Shown in pieces: positions 1-7,703 of a stretch of DNA of 20,278 bases. Source of the DNA: Candidatus Bathyarchaeia archaeon (lineage in GTDB: Archaea; Thermoproteota; Bathyarchaeia; Bathyarchaeales; Bathycorpusculaceae); NCBI GenBank assembly GCA_038883795.1, contig JAVZLK010000028.1:1-20278 (forward strand). Reading direction: 5' to 3'. Each line of letters begins with the position of its first letter. Position 1 is the stretch's first letter. The translations under genes and the position numbers were made by a program. Under the pieces are notes generated by a model. It did not search any database, was not told the origin of the DNA, and worked only from the letters and a program-made list of their open reading frames with translations.

Positions 1-127
1 CTTTTTTACAAGGATTTGCGAAGCCAGTTAGCGATCTTTCAAGAGGTGCTACAGTTGATGACATAGTTGGTACGATAGCGTTAATAGTTGTAAAAGCTCA
101 AAGTGACAAAATCTCGGAGAGGTCTAA
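1..127 (+). repeat. Terminal direct repeat copy 1 (probable circular-assembly overlap)
   Basis: CTTTTTTACAAGGATTTGCG...CTCGGAGAGGTCTAA is identical to 20152-20278. 127 is a commonly used de Bruijn k-mer size. Confidence 0.97.
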
Positions 128-137
128 CGATTATTAG
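1..137 (+). CDS. pta: 3' end of phosphotransacetylase (continuation of the ORF starting at 19269)
   Basis: Reads (P)[44 protein letters not shown], with TAG at 135-137. Contains the catalytic DLSRG motif. Confidence 0.93.
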   Translation, partial: FLQGFAKPVSDLSRGATVDDIVGTIALIVVKAQSDKISERSNDY

Positions 138-598
138 CACTAGTTGTTTTATGTGAGAAAATGAACAATGTAGTTTATTTGTGCGTGTCGAACATGTTAA
201 AATCCTAAAGATAGATTGAAGGTGATCCAAATGACCTATTACTATGGTGCCATATATAAAACGAAATTATGGATTTTGAAAAGTTGACCGAACGCGCCAA
301 GAAATACCCACTAGATTAGGTTGAGCAAATAAACTTGTACCCCAAAAGAAAAAATAATTGAAGTTGAAATAACTTTTGTTACCATCAAACCCGGCGTGCA
401 TAAATTTTAGGCAATTGATCAAAATGTTAATCCGGTACAAACTGCCCGTGCAATTAATAATCAAAGTGTGAAGTATAACGCAAGAAGTACAATCCGTATA
501 AAGAAAGCTGGTAATGTGAGCATTAGTCAAACATCTTTAGTAACAAAAAGATTTTATGAAACTAAAAATACTTGTTACATATCGGGAAATATTGCAGT

Positions 599-1270
599 AT
601 GTCTAAAAATGCTAAATTTCAAAAATTATTTGAGCCTGGTAAGATAGGAAAAGTGGAAATCCAAAATAGAATTGTTATGTCGCCTATGGCAATTATCGGA
701 CTTGCAGAACTAGATGGAAGGTATTCAAAAAAGCCATAGATTTTTATGTTGCTAGAGCCAAGAGTGGTGTTGGACTAATAATAGCTGGTGCCGCTTCGCC
801 CAGTCCACTTTTAGAAGCAGTGAGTTAACTGTTGATGAAATTGAGAGTGCAATAGAAGGGCATGCAGCCGCTGCAAGGATTTGTAAAATTGCTGGTGTAG
901 ATGCTATTGCAATAGCTGGTTATGGAGGTTACTTCCTGGATCAATTTCAAACTGAACTTTGGAACAGGCTGGCAAGGTTAGCAATCTTGCATTTGGTCGA
1001 GGAGCGTGTTAAAAAAAAGAAATAAAAATATCGACAAATACTCAACTTATTGAAATAATCGAGAGAGGCGCTGTCGTCGCTATCAATGGCTCCAAGAGTT
1101 TATTAAAAGCTGATTCAATAGTTTTAGCGTTAGGTTTGAAATCTGAAACTAAACTTTGGGATGCTCTTAAAAATAGATTGCCTGAAGTATACGCTGTCGG
1201 AGATTGTATTAAACCCCGAAAGATTTTGCATGCTATTTGGGAAGGCTTCCACATTGCTCGTGTAGTTTAG
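599..1270 (+). pseudogene. Collapsed NADH:flavin oxidoreductase (old yellow enzyme / 2-enoate reductase-like) pseudogene
   Basis: N-terminus MSKNAKFQKLFEPGKIGKVEIQNRIVMSPM, a frameshift to AIDFYVARAKSGVGLII, then LTVDEIE...GYGGYFLDQFQTELWNR, then directly the C-terminus ADSIVLALG...EVYAVGDCIKPRKILHAIWEGFHIARVV*. Large internal deletions and stops. Confidence 0.88.
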
Positions 1271-1487
1271 ATCAAAAACAGCGTGTATTACGATTAGAAA
1301 TGATTATAGAATGTTAATCAACTCCGTGTAAGTGAGCAAAAAGCGGTCATCGGCGCTTGGCTTTAATAAATGACAAAAATTCTGATGGTGAGAGATTTAG
1401 CACTTATACGCCCCTTATAGCATATGAACGCGATTATCGTTTAGGCAAGGTAATTAATATCATCCGCCAATATCAACAGTTTATAAA

Positions 1488-1523
1488 ATAACTTTTGAAG
1501 GTTCCCGAGAGTTTTAAAGTTAT
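1488..1523. promoter_or_regulatory. Inverted repeat upstream of ackA (possible operator)
   Basis: ATAACTTT (1488-1495) and AAAGTTAT (1516-1523) are perfect 8-bp arms with a 20-bp spacer in AT-rich DNA. The function is inferred. Confidence 0.25.
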
Positions 1524-1688
1524 AAAACCTCATATACATGTTTATTATGCTTACTAGGCGAAGCAAAATAAGATAAAAAATAGATAATTAGCGAAAACTC
1601 CTTCGGCTTTAATGGATAAATTTAGTAATAATTCAGCAAAACTTAAAATAAATGTTACCTAAACGTTTTGAGGTAGTGAGGTAGAGTA

Positions 1689-3086
1689 ATGAAAGTTCTG
1701 ACATTAAACTGTGGGAGTTCCTCTGTAAAGTATATGCTTTATAATTGGGATGAGAAAGCAATAATGGCAAAAGGAATAGTTGAGAGAGTGACAATCGGTG
1801 GCACATATTGTATACATGAAGCTATAGGGAGAAGCAAAATCAGGATTGATTGTGATTGCTTAAATCACGCAGCAGCCGTCAAGTTGATATTGGATACATT
1901 AACACATTCAAATTATGGTGTCATAAATGACCTATCAGAAGTTAATGCAGTGGGACATCGTGTGGTTCATGGAGGAGAAAATTTTTCGGAGTCTGTAATC
2001 ATCGATGATACTGTACTTCAAACAATTAAGAACTTGGCCAGCTTGGCACCCTTACATAATCCGTATAATATTCTTGGTATCGAAGTAACAAAGAAATTTT
2101 TGCCAAATATTCCGCATATAGCCATTTTTGATACAGCATGGCATCAGACCTTGCAACCACCACAGTACTTATATGCTACACCATATGATTGGTATAAAAA
2201 GTATAGAATACGGAGGTATGGTTTCCACGGAACATCATTTTTATATGTGTCCAGAAGAGCAGCAGTACTACTTGATAAAGAGCCCTCTAAATGCGATCTA
2301 ATAATATTGCACATAGGAAATGGCGCCAGCGCAAACGCTGTTAAAAATGGTGTATCCTTTGACACTAGTATGGGCTTTACCCCTCTTGAAGGGTTAGTTA
2401 TGGGCACACGAGCAGGAGATCATGACGTTGCGATAGACTTATACATAATGGAGAAGGAGAACTATTCAACTAAGGAAATTTACAATGTTCTAAATAAGAA
2501 AAGCGGTCTGCTGGGAATAACCGGTAAATACATTGACAGAAGAGACATTATGGAAGCTATAAAGAAAGGTGATAAGCAGGCTAAACTGGCACTTGAAATT
2601 GAAGCATACAGAATCAAGAAGTATATAGGTGCCTATATGGCTGCACTCGGCGGTGCGGACGCTATTGTATGGACTGCAGGGGCAGGCGAAATGTTTGACA
2701 CATTACGTGCCAAAGCAATGGACGGCCTGGAGTTTATGGGCATCAAGTATGACCCGAATAAAAACAAATTGGCAAGGAGTCAAAATGCTGAGTTCGACAT
2801 TTCAGCATCTGATTCAAAGCTCAAAATATTCGTGATTCCTACGGATGAAGAGCAGGTATTTGTAGAAGAGGTTATTAAGGCTATTGATGGGAGGTACCAT
2901 AAACATACAAAGTTCAAATATTCTTTTGAAGAAAGAAACTACAGAAATAAAATTAGGGATAGGGAATTCATAAGAGAGTTAGAAGAGGAACCGCGCAAGG
3001 CTATTGCGTTAGCACAGCCATTTCCAGATGAGTTGCTACCAGATAAAGCCAAACCATATGCATGGTGGTTGAAAAAGCTTATATGA
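1689..3086 (+). CDS. ackA: Acetate kinase with C-terminal extension
   Basis: Motifs LNCGSSSVKY, GHRVVHGGE, APLHNP, RRYGFHGTS, HIGNGAS, DTSMGFTPLEGLVMGTR and IPTDEE. GAGGT SD-like sequence upstream. Confidence 0.97.
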   Translation: MKVLTLNCGSSSVKYMLYNWDEKAIMAKGIVERVTIGGTYCIHEAIGRSKIRIDCDCLNHAAAVKLILDTLTHSNYGVINDLSEVNAVGHRVVHGGENFSESVIIDDTVLQTIKNLASLAPLHNPYNILGIEVTKKFLPNIPHIAIFDTAWHQTLQPPQYLYATPYDWYKKYRIRRYGFHGTSFLYVSRRAAVLLDKEPSKCDLIILHIGNGASANAVKNGVSFDTSMGFTPLEGLVMGTRAGDHDVAIDLYIMEKENYSTKEIYNVLNKKSGLLGITGKYIDRRDIMEAIKKGDKQAKLALEIEAYRIKKYIGAYMAALGGADAIVWTAGAGEMFDTLRAKAMDGLEFMGIKYDPNKNKLARSQNAEFDISASDSKLKIFVIPTDEEQVFVEEVIKAIDGRYHKHTKFKYSFEERNYRNKIRDREFIRELEEEPRKAIALAQPFPDELLPDKAKPYAWWLKKLI

Positions 3087-3123
3087 TCCAAAGATCCTTT
3101 AAAAAAGAATTCTGGTGAACAGG

Positions 3124-3357
3124 ATGACTATTGAAGATAAGATCAAAGAAATAGTTAGCAATATTTTTAAGGTTGAAAAGGAAAAATTAACTAGAGATAC
3201 ATCCTTCGTAGACGATCTTCACATGAAGTCTATAAACTTAATAGAAATGGTTGCATGGATCGATGAGGAATTCAATCTTGAAATTAATATAGGAGAAGTG
3301 AGAAAGAAAAAGACTTTAGGTGATCTTATAGATTACGTTGAAAAGCTAATTAGTTAA
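3124..3357 (+). CDS. Acyl carrier protein (atypical DDLHMKSIN attachment motif)
   Basis: 77 aa with the ACP pattern TSFVDDL-x-x-x-S36...IEMV..IDEEFNLEI...TLGDLIDYV. GGTGA RBS 5 nt upstream of ATG 3124. Adjacent to acpS. Confidence 0.9.
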   Translation: MTIEDKIKEIVSNIFKVEKEKLTRDTSFVDDLHMKSINLIEMVAWIDEEFNLEINIGEVRKKKTLGDLIDYVEKLIS

Positions 3358-3746
3358 CATAAAGATTTAGTTTTTGTAGCAACCGCAAAGGCTATGGCGT
3401 ATCCTGCATCATAAGATAGAGATAGGTGAATGTCAATTATACCTTGTGACATAGCCAGATCTTTTATCTTACCTGAAAGTCGGACAATCGGTTCTCCGTA
3501 TTTCCCATCGATTATCTCTATTTCAGTTAACTTAACGTTACTATTCCATCCCATTCGGATCGCTTTAAAAACTGCTTCTTTACCAGCAAATCTCATTGCA
3601 AGATAGATCACATAATCCTTTCGTGAAGATGCAAGCTTAAGCTCATGGCTGGTAAAAATTTTTTCTAAAAACTTTTTACCGCTTCTTCGTACTGCATCTT
3701 CCATTTTTTGAATTTCAATTATGTCAGTGCCAACACCATATATCAA
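3354..3746 (-). CDS. acpS: Holo-[acyl-carrier-protein] synthase (4'-phosphopantetheinyl transferase)
   Basis: Motifs GVGTDIIE, RFAGKEAVFKA, EIEI...GEP and HLSLSYD..YAIAF. TTG start. Convergent with the ACP gene, with stop codons overlapping at TTAA 3354-3357. Confidence 0.95.
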   Translation of the reverse strand: MIYGVGTDIIEIQKMEDAVRRSGKKFLEKIFTSHELKLASSRKDYVIYLAMRFAGKEAVFKAIRMGWNSNVKLTEIEIIDGKYGEPIVRLSGKIKDLAMSQGIIDIHLSLSYDAGYAIAFAVATKTKSLC

Positions 3747-3855
3747 AACTAAAACCTCAGCAAGTGTTCATTTACTTCGCTCAAATTATAATAGTTAATT
3801 TTTTGATTGTAAAAATAAATTAGGAAAAAAGAGAACGTCTTTGACTTTCAATACT

Positions 3856-4272
3856 TCACCTAAGTGCTCTAGCAACCGGTATAAAGTTCCCTGCTACTTC
3901 TCTTGTCGTTATTTCTACATAAAGTGGTAATTGCCTATTTTCTTCGGGGATATTATTAAGGTCTATCCCTTCAATGACCGGACAGAAAATCACCGGTCCT
4001 TCTGCCAACTGTACAACTCCAAAAGCACATGGTAAGATGGAATCGAATCGTGGTCCTCCAGAAGCCGGGCCTTTAGCGGCTTGCACCAACAGCAGTTTTC
4101 CTTTTCCACTAAATTCTGTCCATTCTAAGTCTGTTCCTTTGCATGTCCTGCAAACTGGTATTGGAAAGAATTGATAAGAACCACACCTTTTACATTTTTG
4201 CCCCACCAATTTGCCTTTAGCCAGATTTTCGTAAAAGGTAGTTACGTATCGCTCTGTGAAATCTAGAACCAT
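3856..4272 (-). CDS. DUF35-family Zn-ribbon/OB-fold protein (thiolase partner)
   Basis: GKLVGQKCKRCG...P.PVCRTC Zn ribbon, SGKGKL and GVVQLAEGP. Starts 1 nt after the thiolase stop. Confidence 0.92.
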   Translation of the reverse strand: MVLDFTERYVTTFYENLAKGKLVGQKCKRCGSYQFFPIPVCRTCKGTDLEWTEFSGKGKLLLVQAAKGPASGGPRFDSILPCAFGVVQLAEGPVIFCPVIEGIDLNNIPEENRQLPLYVEITTREVAGNFIPVARALR

Positions 4273-4273
4273 A

Positions 4274-5596
4274 TCATAACGCCTCCTTTCTTCTTAATAC
4301 CGTTACGCCAAATACCGGCCCTGTACCTCTGCCGAAAATAACAGCGCATTTAGGAACAGGGTGAATTTGCCGCTCACCACATTCGCCTCGCATTTGCTGG
4401 ACAGCTTCTATAACATCTATTATGGATGCGGGATCATAACAGTCGCCAAAGTGAATTTCCCCTCCATGAGTTTGTATTGGTTTCATTCCATCAAATGCTG
4501 TTTCCAAATCTTTTAGGTACTTCCAAGATTTACCAGGCGGGATATAACCAGCGATCTCTGGATCTATAAGATGCCAAGATAGATTAAAATCGTGTAGCCC
4601 AAAATAATCAATCTCTGATGGATCTAAGTCTGCCATTTCGTATGCACGTCGTACGGTAATTTCCTCAATTGGATGATAATTGTAGTCAGGCGTAGTTGGA
4701 CATGGGAAACCTCCTGTATGATAAACTCCAGATACCTCTATTGGCGTTTTACTTGTATATTTACTAGCCTCTTCTGTTGCACATAGCACTATCGCGGCAG
4801 CGCCGTCACACATGACTTTCCAATTACTCTTCCTTAAAGGCCAGTTGACGAATGGGTTATGCCTAGGTGACTTCATGTACTCAAATACATCGTCAAATCC
4901 CGCTTTTTTTGCCATCGTTTCGAAGTCGTCTTGACCATAAACAAGACTTTTCGGGTGAATAACTGCGCCCCGTCTTAGGGATATAGCAGCGCCGTTCAAT
5001 GCATCGTCAATTTCTTCCCAGGTTAGATGATATTTCTTGGCATATTGAAGTATTGTGAATATTTCTCTGAATCCTGGTCCACCTATGCCTGTTATCGGAT
5101 TATCATACGCTTGATCAAAACCAGAATATAAGTAGTCTGCATGTATTTCCCAAGGAATAGGTTTTCTAATTCCAGGGTGTTTGCGGTATCTTTGAAAGTC
5201 CTCGTCAAACATTGCAGAGGTTATGCTTGTAGCTGATACTACAACAATATCCTCCATGCCAGAGGCAATGGCATTACCAGCTATTGTAATACCCGCTGCA
5301 GCTAACCCGCATGCATGAACGAGTGAATAGCCCGGTTTTCCTTCTAAGCCGAGCCATGAATTTGCTATTGCATGTATGCACTTAGTTTTCATTTGATCTC
5401 CTTGAAACTGTCCCACAACTATAGAATCAATGTCGTCTATTTTAATACCAGCATCTTGCACAGCCTCCATCACAGCCCATGCTAAGAGTTCTCTCTCAGT
5501 CATGCCCTTCAACCAAGGAGAATCCAGAACCGTACCCATTTTTGTCATTCCGCAACCGATAATTGATACTCCCCGTTCCCATTTCCTTTTAGTCAT
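4274..5596 (-). CDS. Divergent thiolase-superfamily (SCP2/archaeal-type) protein, 440 aa
   Basis: VSIIGCGMTK N-terminus, HACG (nucleophile Cys position), DGAAAIVLC, AYEMADL.P.EID, EAVQQMRGECGERQ. ATG 5596 is preferred over 5647 because a TATA box overlaps 5646-5652. Confidence 0.88.
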   Translation of the reverse strand: MTKRKWERGVSIIGCGMTKMGTVLDSPWLKGMTERELLAWAVMEAVQDAGIKIDDIDSIVVGQFQGDQMKTKCIHAIANSWLGLEGKPGYSLVHACGLAAAGITIAGNAIASGMEDIVVVSATSITSAMFDEDFQRYRKHPGIRKPIPWEIHADYLYSGFDQAYDNPITGIGGPGFREIFTILQYAKKYHLTWEEIDDALNGAAISLRRGAVIHPKSLVYGQDDFETMAKKAGFDDVFEYMKSPRHNPFVNWPLRKSNWKVMCDGAAAIVLCATEEASKYTSKTPIEVSGVYHTGGFPCPTTPDYNYHPIEEITVRRAYEMADLDPSEIDYFGLHDFNLSWHLIDPEIAGYIPPGKSWKYLKDLETAFDGMKPIQTHGGEIHFGDCYDPASIIDVIEAVQQMRGECGERQIHPVPKCAVIFGRGTGPVFGVTVLRRKEAL

Positions 5597-5645
5597 ATTA
5601 TCATCTCTTTCCCCCTTTAATTCTTCTTCGATTATATCGAGAAAC

Positions 5646-5660
5646 ATATAAAAATTTTAT
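5646..5660 (-). promoter_or_regulatory. Archaeal BRE/TATA promoter of the thiolase-DUF35 operon
   Basis: The minus strand reads ATAAAATTTTTATAT about 50 nt upstream of ATG 5596, followed by the palindrome TCGAT-N3-ATCGA (5628-5640). Confidence 0.55.
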
Positions 5661-6039
5661 CTTTTTCTCTTTCTCTCTACCCAATCCACCCACACCCACC
5701 ACCCAATACAAAGAGATAAAACTAACTAAACGCCGTAATCTAAAATGGAAGGCTGTGCATGGATTCAGAAGCGTATCGGTTGCCTTAATGTTTCCAATAA
5801 AAGGGAATTCCAATAGGACAGTTGACTGAAAAAAGCGTGTTTAAAGCTCTTTAAACTTTGAAATGGAGTAATCGGCGGGACAGTCAGCTTCAATGACCGG
5901 TTTCTCCATTAAAGCACACTTATAGCCACATCACCAGCCATTATGAAAACAACATAGTGTCCACTTCACCATCCTTCGGATAGGCTTACCTTTCGCTTTA
6001 GCTAAAGCTTCCCTCATCAGCCTGAAGACTTCCTTCAAG

Positions 6040-6492
6040 TCAATAGCCACTTACTTCACCATTTACTTTTTCAAGGAAAGCCTTAACCCTTCTAACACAA
6101 TGCTTAGCTGTTTCCACACTTAAATTCAGTTTTGCCGAAAAACAGTTTAAAATCCCCCAAATCCCAGTTTTAAACACTTCTTTTCAACAAACAAGCTGCT
6201 TTTCGCCGGTTCAAACCCGGCCATCGGCACTGAACCTTTTCTCTGAAGAAAAGCTTCACCAAAAGAGGAAAGAGCTTTTTGTGTTACGTCGATTTTTTGG
6301 GTTTCCATATATTCTATAATGCTTTGCAGAGCTTTTTCGCAAATTATGCTTATATTTAGGTTTCTTTTCCGTGTTTCCTCGATTAATCTGAGCGGAAGGG
6401 TTATTCCAACTGTTTTCGGGTTCTTGTCTTCGAGTTTTTACTCGAGTTTGGCTTAATTTACTTGAGTGATTTAGGTTCAAACCCTCACTCAT
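6040..6492 (-). pseudogene. Split-type (SSV-like) tyrosine integrase remnant: RHH/CcdA-like IntN, att core and start of IntC
   Basis: MSEG...SQTRVKTRRQ, then a frameshift to KTVGITLPLRLIEETRKRNLNISIICEKALQSIIEYMETQ...QRKGSVPMAGFEPAKSS. This reads in frame through the antisense of the tRNA fragment. Frameshifted pieces WDLGDFKLF and KLNLSVETAKHCVRRVKAFLEK follow and resemble the integrase SAM-like domain. No catalytic domain remains. Confidence 0.6.
6203..6230 (+). other. tRNA 3'-end fragment (T-arm plus acceptor strand), putative attachment-site core
   Basis: GCCGG-TTCAAAC-CCGGC T-arm (6205-6221), then acceptor strand CATCGGC and discriminator A. There is no D-arm, anticodon arm or 5' acceptor strand upstream. 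Confidence 0.8.
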
Positions 6493-6650
6493 GGCCCAAA
6501 CACCTCTGAGACACTTCATTACTTTATTCCAATTTTTTCTAAAATTTGCTTAAACAATTCACAAATTTTAGGGTATTTCTTGACTTTGTGTGGCTGCTGA
6601 CAGCACATGAAGGGCACAGAAAAAAGATGGCGGTGGATTTGGTTTTTGGT

Positions 6651-6665
6651 GGAAAATTTTTATAT
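6651..6665 (+). promoter_or_regulatory. Archaeal BRE/TATA promoter of the ADC-family gene
   Basis: GGAAAATTTTTATAT ends about 35 nt upstream of ATG 6700. Confidence 0.6.
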
Positions 6666-6699
6666 TTGAAAATCTAAACACATATCCTTGGTGTTGATC

Positions 6700-7500
6700 A
6701 TGAAAGTGAAATACAAAAATACTAAAGATGACTTTGTAAAGGCGCTCTCTGACCACGAACCGCACTTCAAGGGAATGAATCGTTTAGCTGTGTACTATGA
6801 TATTAGCTATGACATTTTACGGGAGTATCTGCCACCTCCACTGGAACCTGGCGACACACCTGAAGTCGAACTAATGTTCTTTGATACCCCGCCTCAAGGT
6901 GTGGTAAGGGAACCAGCAGAAGTGATAGGTATGTTGCCGAGAGGTCACAGAGAATTTGCGATATTCCTAAGTGCTAAATACAAGGAGTACCGAGGTTACT
7001 ATTGTCCATATATGTATGTTGCCTGGGATGATCATATGGCATCAGGAAGGGAAATTCACGGTTTTCCTAAAAAAATTGCAAATCTGCGGTTAGATAGATT
7101 CAAGGACGAAGTATGGGCAAGTGCCGAAAGGGGGGGAATCGAACTTGTATCAGTTAAGGCAAAGCTGACGCAACGCCTTCCAGCAGGCGAAATGCCTAAG
7201 CCTATACCCCATTTTGCATTAAAATTCTTACCAGAAATCGGTGGAAAGGTAGGTTTTGTTGGTAAGCCTCAAATAGTTATGACTCAAGGGAAAGCCAAGC
7301 TAAATGGCGAACTTTGGAATGGAACTGCAGAAATCACTTTCAAAGAGTCAGACTACGATCCGGTGTATGAACTTAAACCTGCGGGGAAAATTAAGCGCGT
7401 TGTATTTGCTACTGACTTGGACTATTCATTTAAGGGCCAGGTAATAGCTGAATGTAAACCCGAAGACATATACCCATTTGTTTGCTTTAGATATCGATAA
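6700..7500 (+). CDS. Acetoacetate decarboxylase (ADC)-superfamily protein
   Basis: YLPPPLEP, HREFAIF, GYYCPYMYV, the Schiff-base motif SGREIHGFPKKIA, and DPVYEL near the C-terminus. Confidence 0.88.
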   Translation: MKVKYKNTKDDFVKALSDHEPHFKGMNRLAVYYDISYDILREYLPPPLEPGDTPEVELMFFDTPPQGVVREPAEVIGMLPRGHREFAIFLSAKYKEYRGYYCPYMYVAWDDHMASGREIHGFPKKIANLRLDRFKDEVWASAERGGIELVSVKAKLTQRLPAGEMPKPIPHFALKFLPEIGGKVGFVGKPQIVMTQGKAKLNGELWNGTAEITFKESDYDPVYELKPAGKIKRVVFATDLDYSFKGQVIAECKPEDIYPFVCFRYR

Positions 7501-7703
7501 ATCCTTTTTACGTTCCCACTTTTTTATTTCGCTCTTCTCAAGAAGCGGCGTTTAGTAGGTTTTGCGTTTTATTTTTGAAGGTTTTAAAAGCATAGCACTA
7601 AGTTACCAAATGATTATGGATAATGCTTCTGAACACGCAACAACATCATGGTACATGCTATAATGGTCGTTTCCAGACACAGGTTTACAGGCAGATGTCA
7701 TTT

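Noticed and set aside
267-530. 87-aa minus-strand ORF, and stop-interrupted plus-strand frames at 231-560
   Set aside because: No recognisable family motif. It may be decayed coding DNA but cannot be assigned.
3124-5596. Fatty-acid, polyketide or mevalonate biosynthetic cluster
   Set aside because: There is no ketosynthase, malonyl transacylase, ketoreductase or HMG-CoA synthase. The context (pta, ackA, importer) points to catabolism.
5680-5708. CCAC/CCCA low-complexity tract and ORF 5601-5813
   Set aside because: The tract is short and irregular with no periodic array. The ORF crosses the thiolase promoter and has no recognisable motif.
5791-5832. TTCCAATA occurring twice, loosely resembling an archaeal CRISPR repeat or an ORB element
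   Set aside because: There is no regularly spaced repeat-spacer array, and the match to either consensus is poor.
6150-6232. Complete tRNA gene
   Set aside because: Only the T-arm and 3' acceptor strand are present. The upstream sequence cannot form D or anticodon arms.
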